Origin: a virus
Taxonomy: Duplodnaviria > Caudoviricetes
Reading direction: 5' to 3' (one strand)
Virus record (IMG/VR): IMGVR_UViG_3300044800_000230
Location: 1-61,891 of that record
DNA length: 61,891 bases
Position 1 is the first letter of the stretch. Each line of letters opens with the position of its first letter. The notes beneath the pieces were generated by a model. That model did no database searches. It had not been told where the DNA came from and worked only from the letters and a program-made list of their open reading frames with translations. This document shows positions 30,999-41,350 of this stretch, piece by piece. A program made the translations under genes and the position numbers.

Positions 30999-31724
30999 AT
31001 GCCGGAGTCGATACCCCAAACCTACATAACAGAGAAAAACAAACCTTCAAATTCGCCTATTATGTTGTATGAGATAGAAATTTCTCCTGCATCCATCCTC
31101 TACTTTTGCGAATGGGATACCCAAATAGTTTATCCATCAGGAGTAACAGGATATGGATTAGGAGGGGGTCCTTTAGGAGGAGGAGTATTGGGAGGAGGAG
31201 GGAGTCAAACATATTTACCTTTTCCTTTGACCCATGAAGGGATTGGAGTCAATGCATTGGGTGAAATTGATACTGTCAAAGTTAAATTATCCGCAGTAGA
31301 TCGGACTATCATTTCAACCTTGGCTGCCAACAATGGTTTAATCGGTTGCAAGGTTGTTATGAAATTGGTCTTTTTTGATAGATTGGATGATCCAGATGCC
31401 AATATTGCCAGTACATTCTATATTGATTCTGTTGAGACCACAGAACAAGAAGCAGTTTTTAACTTAACTTCCAAACTTGATCTATATCAGGTTCAGATTC
31501 CAGGAAGAATGTTTGAAAGGGATCATTGCCAATGGACATTCAAAAAGGAAGGATGTTGGTATTTTAGTGGAACTACTTATTATTTTCCTCCTGCTGGTTT
31601 CACTAATGAGGGTGTGGAATGCGACCATACGAGAATAGGACCAGTGGGATGCAAGTATCATAATAATGCGAGTCGCTATGGTGGGTTTCCTGCGATTCCG
31701 ATGAGAGGACTTTATGTCATTTGA
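30999..31724 (+). CDS. Minor tail protein L-like
   Basis: IPGRMF..HCQW..C..C..GC...YGGFP cysteine cluster. Confidence 0.8.
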   Translation: MPESIPQTYITEKNKPSNSPIMLYEIEISPASILYFCEWDTQIVYPSGVTGYGLGGGPLGGGVLGGGGSQTYLPFPLTHEGIGVNALGEIDTVKVKLSAVDRTIISTLAANNGLIGCKVVMKLVFFDRLDDPDANIASTFYIDSVETTEQEAVFNLTSKLDLYQVQIPGRMFERDHCQWTFKKEGCWYFSGTTYYFPPAGFTNEGVECDHTRIGPVGCKYHNNASRYGGFPAIPMRGLYVI

Positions 31725-32133
31725 TAAAATTAAATCTGATGAAATCTCTCAATCACTTCTCGGCATGAAATTCGAGATAGGTGGACGTGGACCTGAGAAG
31801 ATAGACTGTTACGGTGTCCTGAAGTATTTCTTTTCTGAATTTGGTTTCAACCTTCCCGATTATTCCTACATGGATGATTGGAGTGGAAAGACAGACCTTT
31901 ATCTTCAGGAGTATGCCAATTTCTTTAGGAAACTTGGAAAAGATGAAGAATTAGAAATTGGAGATGTAATTCTTTTTAATAGCAAGGAAAACCCCAGTCA
32001 TACGGGCATATACCTTGGCGAGTGCCGATTTATTCACGCCTATGACAAAGCAGGAACACGAATAGACTCACTGGTTAATCCTTTGTGGAAAGGAAAGATT
32101 TATGGTTTCTTTAGGGTTAAGGGAACAGAATGA
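31714..32133 (+). CDS. NlpC/P60 tail tip protein (gpK-like)
   Basis: GRGP..DCYG...HTGIYLG..FIHA. Confidence 0.85.
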   Translation: MSFDKIKSDEISQSLLGMKFEIGGRGPEKIDCYGVLKYFFSEFGFNLPDYSYMDDWSGKTDLYLQEYANFFRKLGKDEELEIGDVILFNSKENPSHTGIYLGECRFIHAYDKAGTRIDSLVNPLWKGKIYGFFRVKGTE

Positions 32134-35100
32134 AGGTTAATGTAAAATATATCCCATGTTTATTTGACGAGTCAACCTGGATTCAATTTGAATCTCATAA
32201 CCAAACTGTTTTTGCGATATTCCAGTTTCTTTTCCAGAAGTATCCTGAAGTTCGGGATGATCCTCCTTATATAACCGTTCGAGTAAACGGTAAGAAAATA
32301 CATCTCCTCAAATGGGCAAAACCATTAAATGATGGCGATGAAGTTCTTATCATTCAAGAAATCGGTGGCGAAATCATTGTAGCTATCGGAGCTGCATTAG
32401 GTCTTTGGGGAGCATCCGCAGCGGGACTTTTTGGGATGTCTCTGGCAATGACGATCAATGTTGGTTTACTTATTGTTACCGTTGCCTATACAATTTATTC
32501 CTATTGCACCGCCCCAGAAGCCGCTAAAACTGGTAGAGGTCTCAATTCCTCACCCACATATGGCTGGGAAGGAATCCAGATGCAAGTCCGTCCGGGTGTT
32601 CCCGTTCCTACTGTTCACGGTGAGCATCTTCTCGGTGGAAATCTAATCGAAGCCTACATCAGTTCAGATGCTGACAAGAATTATCTAAATATGCTTATTG
32701 CCCTATCTGAAGGTGAAATCGAAGGCATCATGAAAGAGGATTTATCTGGGGTTTGCACATCCACATCCGATGTCCCTTACATTTTGATAAATGATAACCT
32801 ACTCAGCAATTTTAAAGATGTGACATGGGATTACAGACTTGGGACTCAAGATCAAACTCAGATACCAGAATTTGGGGACGTTTGCCAGACCTATTCTATG
32901 GCTGGAGTTCACATGACCACCACACCCTATCTCTACACAACGGTTGATTCAGATGTGGAGGCATTTGAACTTAGGTTCAGAGTTCCATCCCTTTTTAACA
33001 GTTACAAAGGAAATTATTATCCATTTACTACTGGGGTTTTGATCGAACATAAATTGCATTCCGCTGGCACTTGGACGACCGATGAAACCCTAACTATTAC
33101 GGGTTCCTCACAACAACCATTAAGACGGTTTTTCAGATTAGATAATTTAACTCCTGGTCAATACGATATTCGGGTTACTTATTCTAATTCTGGTTGGGTT
33201 ACTTCTCCTGAACATCCATGCGATATCTATTTAGACAATATTACTGAAATTAAATATGATACCTTAATTTATCCATATACGGCTCTTCTTGCAATCCAGG
33301 TCCTTGCAACCGAACAATTATCAGGTCAACTTCCGAATGTTTTAACCAGAATCAGAGGCATAAAGGTTAAAAATCTTGACACTTCTGCCACGGCCTGGAC
33401 AAACAATCCTATCTACAATGTGAATGACCTTATGGTTAATCCACGATACGGTATGGGAAAATATATTACTCAATCTAACGTCAACAACGACCAGTTAATC
33501 CTGATGGCCCAATATTGTGATCAGATGTTAGGTGATGGGACACAACGAGCAGGCGATTCTACAACGTCCACATCCTTGACCGATTCGGATTACACATTTG
33601 TTGCAGGGGATATTGGAAAATATATCTGTTGTAAATCCGTTGCAGACATAACGGTTTATACTGTTTTATTGATAACATCACTTTCGGGTGATCACACCGC
33701 TATAGGTTCGGGAGGTTGGACACTTGGGACTCCTCCGGCTGGTAATTGGGAATTCGGAGAAAAGAGATCCGAATTAGATCTGGTTATTGATGCCCCAAAC
33801 CAAGCATTTGACTGTATCAATCAGATTTGCAGTTCTTTTAGGGCTTTGCCGATTTGGAGTCATGATGCAATTCAACTTCTAATAGATAAGAAAGAATCTC
33901 CCTCCTATATATTCAACATGGGAAATATTATCGAAGGTTCTTTCAAACACTCATTTGCTTCTGAAAAGAGTAAACCTAATTGTATTCAAGTAGATTATGC
34001 GGATAGAGACAAGAAATTCCAGAAAGAAACTGTGGATATAACCGATTCTGTCACCATTGCTGGCGGTGTCCCAATGAGAACAAGAAGGATGTCTTTATTG
34101 GGGGCAACCCGTCAATCTCAAATCTATCGAGAAGCGAGATTTCATCTCCTTGCTGCAAAATATCAGGATGAACAAATAACCTTTAAGGGAGCAATTGATG
34201 CTATCCATTTGCTTCCTGGGGATGTTGATAAATTCCAACATGATGTCTTTGCGTGGGGTCAAGGTAGTGTAAGGATCGCTTCAGCTACCACCACTTCAAT
34301 CACCTTTGAACAATCGATCACGATTGGGGCGAATTACATAATCACTTGTAAATTAGCAAATGATACTCTCGAGACCAGAACGATCCACGAAGGGGCAGGA
34401 ACCTATACAACAATAACCTTTGACGTGGCCTTCACATCACCAGGACCTCCAGCCGGTGGCATATATGCCATAGGTGCGGTAGGTGTTGAAGCGAAACCTT
34501 TTAGGGTTATGAGTATTTTAAAAACCCCCGAGAATGAAATTGAAGTAGTTGCAACTGAGTATTCTGAAAGTGTTTATACCGATACGGAGATTGTTTTAGC
34601 CCAACCCGTTTATTCAGCCCTACCTCCCAATATTCAATTCCCATCTGGCCCAGACGTATCTAATCCATTACTGGTCCCTCCTGATGTGACTAATTTTGCC
34701 GTGACCGAGACAACAGGCCAAACGGGTGTATCTATCACCTTCACACAACCAGCGGCAACAACGAATTGGTCAAGGGCTGATATCTATGTTTCCATAGACG
34801 GAGGTTCCACTTACAAATACATCAATACGATGCATGATGCTGGCCCGATGGTTTACCCTGATGTGTTGGCGGGTAGCACGTATTATTTCAAGGCAATCAG
34901 TTATTCTCCATTTGATGTAGCAGGCCCAACCCCTCCAGTTGTTCATCTTACAATAACAGGAGCGGCCGCTGTCGGGATAACAAGTCTGACAGCAACGGCT
35001 GCCTTTAGAAACATATTTCTTGATTGGGTTAACGTAGCGGACACAAATATTAGTGGGACTGAAGTTTGGAGATCGGATTCTAATAACCGGGCTGCCGCCT

Positions 35101-36146
35101 CATTGATCGCAACGGTCTATGCAGATGCTTATATCGATCAGATTGATGCCTATGGTGTCACAAAATACTACTGGCTTAGAAATAAGAATCCCAATGGCAC
35201 TTATTCGGCCTGGTATCCTGTAAACCAGTATGCTGGAGTATATGCCACTACCGCCTATATACAGGGAACAGATATTGAAAATCTGGGTGTCGATCTTTCT
35301 GACATATTTATGAAAATCCCTGTTGTAACAGGAGATTCTTGGTCAGATAATTACCCCAGTGCAGGATATGTTTATTGGAATGCCCATACCCTTTATTACA
35401 ACGGAGCCGGTTATTCAATAGCCGCAGACAGTACAAATTTAAAATATATCTATTGGGCGAATGGTTGTACAGGTTATTACGCATCTGCCACCAACCCAAC
35501 CTTGGGCGATGGGGATTTTGTCATAGCAGTAAATATCAGTGGTTATCACGATTTGGCATGGAACGCCATTGCCAATGAAGTAATCGGGTCTGCTTATATT
35601 GAAAACGGGGCTATCCTTAATGCCAAAATAGGCAATTTGGAAGTTGATTCTGCCAAGATAGCCGATCTAACCGTTGGAACCATCAAGATTGCAAACTATG
35701 CAATAGGTCGAGGAGTTGAATACTATAATGCCGCTGGCTACACTCTTCCTTACACTGATACTGCCGAGCATGAAATAGGAACCCTTACGGCTGTAACCTA
35801 CACAACAACCGATAGTGTATGGTTATGGGCATCAATGGTGGTCACAGAGATGGCTTATAAAGCTGCGTGGAAAAGTGGAGCTTATGTCCCAATTCAGTTC
35901 AGAATCAGAAGAGATTCTACCACGGGGACAATAATAACAGGGGCACTTACGATGGGACAGAACCAGATATTTGGTCAACTTCTTGATGCCCCTCCAATTA
36001 TTTTGGTAGGTAGCGATGTTCCAGGTGGAAGTGCAGGAAACCATGTCTACAAATTGACAGCCCAATTAACCAACGCTTCCGATTCAGGCGCCGATCAGGG
36101 AATCATAGCTTTTCGATTAATGATGGCTATGGCAAAAAGTAAATAG
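32130..36146 (+). CDS. Central tail fibre/host-specificity protein (gpI-gpJ-like fusion)
   Basis: N-terminal ubiquitin-like segment, VPTVHG, LSEGEIEG, WTNNP..RYGMG, FnIII-like repeats, AKIGNLEVDSAKIADL. Confidence 0.85.
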   Translation: MKVNVKYIPCLFDESTWIQFESHNQTVFAIFQFLFQKYPEVRDDPPYITVRVNGKKIHLLKWAKPLNDGDEVLIIQEIGGEIIVAIGAALGLWGASAAGLFGMSLAMTINVGLLIVTVAYTIYSYCTAPEAAKTGRGLNSSPTYGWEGIQMQVRPGVPVPTVHGEHLLGGNLIEAYISSDADKNYLNMLIALSEGEIEGIMKEDLSGVCTSTSDVPYILINDNLLSNFKDVTWDYRLGTQDQTQIPEFGDVCQTYSMAGVHMTTTPYLYTTVDSDVEAFELRFRVPSLFNSYKGNYYPFTTGVLIEHKLHSAGTWTTDETLTITGSSQQPLRRFFRLDNLTPGQYDIRVTYSNSGWVTSPEHPCDIYLDNITEIKYDTLIYPYTALLAIQVLATEQLSGQLPNVLTRIRGIKVKNLDTSATAWTNNPIYNVNDLMVNPRYGMGKYITQSNVNNDQLILMAQYCDQMLGDGTQRAGDSTTSTSLTDSDYTFVAGDIGKYICCKSVADITVYTVLLITSLSGDHTAIGSGGWTLGTPPAGNWEFGEKRSELDLVIDAPNQAFDCINQICSSFRALPIWSHDAIQLLIDKKESPSYIFNMGNIIEGSFKHSFASEKSKPNCIQVDYADRDKKFQKETVDITDSVTIAGGVPMRTRRMSLLGATRQSQIYREARFHLLAAKYQDEQITFKGAIDAIHLLPGDVDKFQHDVFAWGQGSVRIASATTTSITFEQSITIGANYIITCKLANDTLETRTIHEGAGTYTTITFDVAFTSPGPPAGGIYAIGAVGVEAKPFRVMSILKTPENEIEVVATEYSESVYTDTEIVLAQPVYSALPPNIQFPSGPDVSNPLLVPPDVTNFAVTETTGQTGVSITFTQPAATTNWSRADIYVSIDGGSTYKYINTMHDAGPMVYPDVLAGSTYYFKAISYSPFDVAGPTPPVVHLTITGAAAVGITSLTATAAFRNIFLDWVNVADTNISGTEVWRSDSNNRAAASLIATVYADAYIDQIDAYGVTKYYWLRNKNPNGTYSAWYPVNQYAGVYATTAYIQGTDIENLGVDLSDIFMKIPVVTGDSWSDNYPSAGYVYWNAHTLYYNGAGYSIAADSTNLKYIYWANGCTGYYASATNPTLGDGDFVIAVNISGYHDLAWNAIANEVIGSAYIENGAILNAKIGNLEVDSAKIADLTVGTIKIANYAIGRGVEYYNAAGYTLPYTDTAEHEIGTLTAVTYTTTDSVWLWASMVVTEMAYKAAWKSGAYVPIQFRIRRDSTTGTIITGALTMGQNQIFGQLLDAPPIILVGSDVPGGSAGNHVYKLTAQLTNASDSGADQGIIAFRLMMAMAKSK

Positions 36147-36154
36147 AGGATAAA

Positions 36155-37510
36155 ATGAATGGTTACATAGCGATCGACAGTAAAGGATGGGTAACAGAAA
36201 TTCACATGGATGAAACAGGTGTAAATCATGACAGTCATATATCTGATGGTCATATCCCTTTCCCTTATGGAAACTTATGGGGGTGTGATCCCTCGCACGA
36301 TATAATTCGTAAACTGATTCATTCTCAAATGATAATGTTCTATGATGGAAAGCAATTTTGTCAGGTCAAAAATCCTAAAGACATTTGGAAAAGAATCCTG
36401 GTCACCAATCTACATGGACCGCTTGCCTCTAATGAGCATCAAAAATTACTTGATAGTCTCGATAGTAGCTTTCCAGATGTCCCAACAGGAACAATTATCG
36501 AAACCCCTCCACCATTAGGGAAGGCCTTTGAACCTTCCTTTGAATGTGAAATAAAACCAGGATTGAAAGTAGGTCTTTCCAGTGAAGAGGATATTGATCT
36601 GTGGGAATCCCAGATGGTCAAAAGTGGACTTTACACGGCAGAGGAAGCTTGGAAAGTAGCCTCTCTATGGTTTAGTGACCATATGACTTGGCCCGTGAAG
36701 ACTACCTGGAAGGATAAACCAATTCAACTTGAACTCTACATTTTGAACAGAGGCACCAATAATGTGATGGCTGGGTATAACGACCATATAGATAGAGCCA
36801 GACCATTATGGTTCTGGAAACAAGTGGCCTTGCCTACTTTCAAGACTTTATACGGTTATGGATTTGAGAATATCAACAGTCAGGTGCGAATTGACAAACC
36901 TAACTATGTGAAATTTTTGACTGAAGCCTACGGACATGAGGTTTTAAGGAAAACGAATGACAGTTTTATTTTAAGATTGAATATCAAGGATGCAATTAAG
37001 AACATTGGAGATTGGCCTGCACGAAAAACAATGGGGCCGGATTGGAAATGGGAAAAGGATGGTATATCGGTGAGAGAAGCAACTGATGTGGATCTACCAA
37101 CTATCTATTCAACCATAGATACTTCATGGGGAGACAATTCACGGAAACAATTGTCGTTGTACAACCTTGACAGTATGTGGAATTTAGATTCTGCTTCAAT
37201 ACTCCTGAGTCTTTATGATGGAAAGATTATTGAAGCCCGTATCTTCAGAGAAAGAAAGGATAAAATCACCAGTTTAAGAACTAATATTTTAAGAACAGTT
37301 ATTGATGATAAAACCAATTTGGCTATGACTGGAATGCTTGAATGGCAAGCAGGTGTTGGATATGAAGAAACATCATTTATTATTGAAACTAAGTTATTTG
37401 AAAGAGTTAAGGATCAATGGCTTGCAAGAGGATGGAAGGTTTTCAGTCAAGACCAAAATATTACTGAATGCCGAATGAATGTAAAGGAAAGATTGAATGC
37501 TAATTTATAA
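36155..37510 (+). CDS. Hypothetical protein, possibly with degenerate GNAT-like domains
   Basis: 451 aa ORF with RBS; VREATDVDL segment resembles a GNAT start. Confidence 0.4.
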   Translation: MNGYIAIDSKGWVTEIHMDETGVNHDSHISDGHIPFPYGNLWGCDPSHDIIRKLIHSQMIMFYDGKQFCQVKNPKDIWKRILVTNLHGPLASNEHQKLLDSLDSSFPDVPTGTIIETPPPLGKAFEPSFECEIKPGLKVGLSSEEDIDLWESQMVKSGLYTAEEAWKVASLWFSDHMTWPVKTTWKDKPIQLELYILNRGTNNVMAGYNDHIDRARPLWFWKQVALPTFKTLYGYGFENINSQVRIDKPNYVKFLTEAYGHEVLRKTNDSFILRLNIKDAIKNIGDWPARKTMGPDWKWEKDGISVREATDVDLPTIYSTIDTSWGDNSRKQLSLYNLDSMWNLDSASILLSLYDGKIIEARIFRERKDKITSLRTNILRTVIDDKTNLAMTGMLEWQAGVGYEETSFIIETKLFERVKDQWLARGWKVFSQDQNITECRMNVKERLNANL

Positions 37511-38060
37511 AGCACTTAATAAAATTAATGGAAAGATTTATATAGGGGAAACCAATAATTTGGAGAAAAGGATTGTCGAACATTTACGGTCGGCCCAACG
37601 TGGGGATAAAGGATATTTTTACAATGCTCTTAGAGCATATGGTAGTCAAGTCTTTGAATGGTCTACTATTGATATTGCAGATTGCAGAGAAATTTTAGAT
37701 GAGAAAGAAGAATATTGGATCAACCATCTGCATACCAAACCTCCATATGGTTATAATGTGGCTAATGGTGGAAATTGGAATCCTGGGAAAAATAGAGGGA
37801 CTAAAAGACCTGATCTTGCCGAGAGAAATAAAGTAATAAAACCTATGTTGGGGAAACACCTTTCAGAAGAAACTAAAAGAAAGTTAAGTGAATCCAAAAT
37901 TGGAAAAAAGAGGCCAGATCAATCAGTAAGAATAAAGAAGATAAATATGGAAGATAATCCTGCCAAGAGACCAGGAGCAAGAAAGAAACTTGGAGAACCC
38001 CGTCCATGGTTAGTGGGGGAAAAAAATCCAATGAGTAAAAATAGAAGGCCAACATTATGA
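37497..38060 (+). CDS. GIY-YIG homing endonuclease with NUMOD3 motifs
   Basis: LIYKALNKINGKIYIGET..R..EH, E..WI, GYN, GKHLSEETKRKLSESK. Confidence 0.88.
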   Translation: MLIYKALNKINGKIYIGETNNLEKRIVEHLRSAQRGDKGYFYNALRAYGSQVFEWSTIDIADCREILDEKEEYWINHLHTKPPYGYNVANGGNWNPGKNRGTKRPDLAERNKVIKPMLGKHLSEETKRKLSESKIGKKRPDQSVRIKKINMEDNPAKRPGARKKLGEPRPWLVGEKNPMSKNRRPTL

Positions 38061-38536
38061 ATTTAGAATTTAGAGAACTCTCTTCTTATGAAGCTTACAG
38101 GTTATGGGAGAAGTTTGGTGAAGACCTGGGAATTGGACACCTCAGATCTACATACGGAAATTATTGGATTCGTCAGCCAGTACAAGGTGAAAGGGTCTGG
38201 GTAGTCTATGACAAAGATGAAAATAGAGTAGGGTGGGTCGCTATGAGACCGGACGGGGTTGATCCGATGGTCTGGCAGGCATCAGGTATATTTAGTCCAT
38301 ATAGAGGGCATGGATACTCGAAAGAGATGCTCCTGTGGTCTTCTGACACATCCTGGGCAATCTGGGGGGTAAAAGTGATGCTATTTGAGATAAGCAATCA
38401 TGTAATGTTGCAATCATACATTCGATACCACTATGAGAGGATTTTCAATAAGACTATACCTGGTGAATTCGTGGCAGGATATATCAATTATCCGACTCCA
38501 GGTTATGTCATCTTTGGCCTGGAAAGGGGAAAATAA
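38057..38536 (+). CDS. GNAT-family acetyltransferase-like protein
   Basis: VGWV..., GIFSPYRGHGYSKEM acetyl-CoA binding motif A. Confidence 0.6.
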   Translation: MNLEFRELSSYEAYRLWEKFGEDLGIGHLRSTYGNYWIRQPVQGERVWVVYDKDENRVGWVAMRPDGVDPMVWQASGIFSPYRGHGYSKEMLLWSSDTSWAIWGVKVMLFEISNHVMLQSYIRYHYERIFNKTIPGEFVAGYINYPTPGYVIFGLERGK

Positions 38537-38854
38537 ATGGTAGAAAATAATTTCTGCAAAAAACATTCAGGAATGGAAGAGGCCATAGCCTTTATCAAAG
38601 ATTGGCAGAAGGGAGTTACAGAAACACTTAAACATATTGTGACTGGAAGGTCAGCATGGGCTTTTTTTGCCTTATTCCTTACCGTCTGTTTGGCTGTTGT
38701 AGGTTTCCTTTGGCATGGGCAAGTTGCAATATGGGATAACGTAAATCTAAATCACAAAGAAACGATGAGAGCAATAACTGATCTTCGAGAGAAAGTCATA
38801 ATAATCGACTATAAAGTTCAGAAACATTTAGATGATACAAACGGGAAAAAATGA
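38537..38854 (+). CDS. Single-TM membrane protein (holin/lysis associated)
   Basis: One hydrophobic helix flanked by coiled coil; upstream of the endolysin. Confidence 0.5.
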   Translation: MVENNFCKKHSGMEEAIAFIKDWQKGVTETLKHIVTGRSAWAFFALFLTVCLAVVGFLWHGQVAIWDNVNLNHKETMRAITDLREKVIIIDYKVQKHLDDTNGKK

Positions 38855-39007
38855 ACAACACTGAGCAAATCATTCAGAAATGTTATGGCATCACCCATTG
38901 GGCAGTCCTTCGGGGAAGGGCTACTTTGAAGAAGGACAGAAGGGAATTTGACCGTTGTGATGTGATTGTCAACGACCTTGTTCAGAAATTGATAAAGGTG
39001 ATTAAGG

Positions 39008-39343
39008 ATGACTCTTAGAGAAGCCCGGTGCAAATTTAGTTATCTTTTAGCAGAAAAACTTCTTCCCAAGATGAGAGAATTAGGATTTGAATATGCCTTT
39101 GATGAAGTGACCAACCATCAAGGTAAGGGTCACATGGAAGGAAGTCTGCACTATTCGGGTTGTGCAGGGGATATAAATCTATATCTTAATGGAGTCTATC
39201 AACCATTAACTGAAACTCATAGACCATTGGGGGAATATTGGGAATCTCTTGACCCTAATTGCCACTGGGGAGGAAGGTTTGATCCCCCAGATGGGAATCA
39301 TTATAGTTACAGTCCTAAAGAAATATTTGGAGGAAGGGAGTGA
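39008..39343 (+). CDS. Endolysin, M15 family Zn peptidase
   Basis: SLHYSGCAGD, LGEYWESL, WGGRF..DGNHYS. Confidence 0.85.
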   Translation: MTLREARCKFSYLLAEKLLPKMRELGFEYAFDEVTNHQGKGHMEGSLHYSGCAGDINLYLNGVYQPLTETHRPLGEYWESLDPNCHWGGRFDPPDGNHYSYSPKEIFGGRE

Positions 39344-39526
39344 TGTATTTTAGTTGGCAAAAAATCTATCCCTTTTGGTGGTTTAGGATATGGTGGCATC
39401 GGGTGGATGGTCTTACTGTTATCATCAAATGGTGGATGTTAAGGGTTGTATGGGTGAAAAGAGTGGTGAAATGAAAGAGACAATTGGTTTAGGCGACCTA
39501 TTTAAAAGTGAAAGGAGGTGATATTA

Positions 39527-40039
39527 ATGGCAGATACAGGCGTAGGAATTAAGGGTCAAGTTTACAATGGAGATGTTGTCGGGATATACAATCGGGTAAT
39601 CAGATTCTCGGAAGAAATGTGGAAATGTGCATCTTCATCGGTTCCTTATCTATCTACTGCGGATCAGGCAAGATTGGGCAAGTATCTTGATGCGATCGAT
39701 GCTTACAATGCATGGGTACAGGCTCAACCAGAACTCGATCTTCCAGAAACTGCTCCAAAATCTTATGTTTTGGATACTCCTCCGGCAACTGCAGAGGTAG
39801 AAAGTGACGATCTGAATGATGTTATCAGGATGATGACAGACATGAAGGATGAACTGATAAACTCCCAGTCAGCCAGAATGCCCTGCAGGTTAGTTTCCTT
39901 TGATGCGGTGAGGTTGACGGACTATGTCAGCAAGATCAGAAAATTCCTGACTGATTACATCCAGAAGGTTCAACCTCTCGACCTTCCAGAATCAAGTCCA
40001 AGGGATGCGGTTTCAGGGACTGGAAAGGTAGGGGTGTGA
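39527..40039 (+). CDS. Hypothetical protein with two LDLPE motifs
   Basis: Strong RBS; internal ELDLPET / PLDLPES duplication. Confidence 0.5.
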   Translation: MADTGVGIKGQVYNGDVVGIYNRVIRFSEEMWKCASSSVPYLSTADQARLGKYLDAIDAYNAWVQAQPELDLPETAPKSYVLDTPPATAEVESDDLNDVIRMMTDMKDELINSQSARMPCRLVSFDAVRLTDYVSKIRKFLTDYIQKVQPLDLPESSPRDAVSGTGKVGV

Positions 40040-40342
40040 AATGTGCTTATTAATCTTAACCAAAGGGTCGCCTAAACCATTTTTTAAACATTTGAAGATA
40101 AGAAGATGATTAAAGGTTCAAATGTCTGTTTTGAGTGTTTGGCCCATAAACATGGATACTATTCAGCTAAGGACATGTTAAATGATTATTATTGGATCAA
40201 GATGTTAACTACAAAACAAATAGCAGAACTTATTGGAGTAACTTTCTCGGCAGTAACCGAGAGGTTACACTTTTATAATATTCCTCTTAGATCCGTAGGA
40301 TCAGCAGGAAGAATAGATCGTTATAGAAAGGAGGTGAGTTAA

Positions 40343-40522
40343 ATGAGTCCGACAGTCATTAACCTAATTACCAATATAGTAGGTGTATTATTGGTTATTT
40401 TGGAGCCCATCAGGTCCTATTTGTCTTCTCAAACCTTTAACTGGACAACTTTTTTGATGTGCATAGGTGGTGCAATTGTTGCCTACTTTACCAGTAAAAG
40501 CACATTGTCCATACAGAAATGA
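40343..40522 (+). CDS. Putative holin (2 TM, 59 aa; not in ORF track)
   Basis: MSPTVINLITNIVGVLLVILEP...FLMCIGGAIVAYFTSK with AGGAGG RBS. Confidence 0.55.
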   Translation: MSPTVINLITNIVGVLLVILEPIRSYLSSQTFNWTTFLMCIGGAIVAYFTSKSTLSIQK

Positions 40523-40534
40523 AAGGAGGAAATT

Positions 40535-40690
40535 ATGTTAGGGATAATTCTATTGGTATTTGCGTTTTGTCTATTGGTAATAGCGGCTTTTGGATGGACA
40601 CCAAAACCACCTATCAATCTTGGGTGGCTCGGACTGGCTCTATGGGTTCTCTCCATTTTGCTTGGTGGGGTCCATATAGGGATCAGATAA
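40535..40690 (+). CDS. Small 2-TM membrane protein (not in ORF track)
   Basis: MLGIILLVFAFCLLVIAAFG...NLGWLGLALWVLSILLGG; AGGAGG RBS. Confidence 0.55.
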   Translation: MLGIILLVFAFCLLVIAAFGWTPKPPINLGWLGLALWVLSILLGGVHIGIR

Positions 40691-40704
40691 AAAAGGAGGA
40701 GTTT

Positions 40705-41094
40705 ATGAAAAGGAAGATCAGAGTTTCTATCGTCATGGTTCTGGTTTTGTTGGCTCTGGCGGCTTGCGCCTCATTTGACACGAATGCCTACAAAACTTTG
40801 GCTGTAGCTAAAACATCTTACACCCAAGCGATGTCTGCATTGGGAAGTTTGCAGACTCAAGGTAAACTTTCAGATGCAGAAGTCCAGAAAATTTTACCCA
40901 TAGCAAGAACCTATTATCAGGCCTATCTTATCACCGAATCGGCTTATGAGGTCTATCATGCCAATCCAACAATAACGAATCAGGATCAACTGATCAGTCT
41001 TATGAATGATGTGGTCCTAAAATTAGGTAACTTGAGTCAAATTTTGATTCCCTATAACATTGCAGTAAATCAAATTGCAGTTCCTGCAAAATAA
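40705..41094 (+). CDS. Lipoprotein, possible spanin component
   Basis: Likely start at 40705 after GGAGGAG; MKRKIR, hydrophobic stretch, LAAC lipobox. Confidence 0.6.
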   Translation: MKRKIRVSIVMVLVLLALAACASFDTNAYKTLAVAKTSYTQAMSALGSLQTQGKLSDAEVQKILPIARTYYQAYLITESAYEVYHANPTITNQDQLISLMNDVVLKLGNLSQILIPYNIAVNQIAVPAK

Positions 41095-41325
41095 GGAGGT
41101 ATACCATGACACCTGCGGCCATCATTATTGCCCAACTGATTTGTCAATATGGAATTCCAGGAGCGATCCAAATTATCCAGATCATCACTAAACCATCCAT
41201 AACGGCGGCAGATATTGCGGCATTGAAAGATATTAAACCACCCGAGAGTTTTCTCACAATTAAAACCACTTGAAAAATATTAAGGTGGGTGGTCAAACAG
41301 GGCAAATACCAAGAGATAGGGCAGG

Positions 41326-41350
41326 GAGGTCAATCTTACGGGTTGACCTC
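41326..41350. terminator. Hairpin between convergent late and early operons
   Basis: GAGGTCAATC-TTACG-GGTTGACCTC. Confidence 0.5.

Noticed and set aside
32130-37510. Diversity-generating retroelement acting on tail genes
   Set aside because: No reverse transcriptase and no TR/VR pair seen.
244-40000. Many short minus-strand ORFs in the late region
   Set aside because: They are shadows of well-supported plus-strand genes, without RBS or motifs.
40519-40704. N-terminal part of the 191-aa ORF 40519-41094
   Set aside because: It overlaps a better 2-TM ORF in another frame; the lipoprotein signal and RBS indicate a start at 40705.
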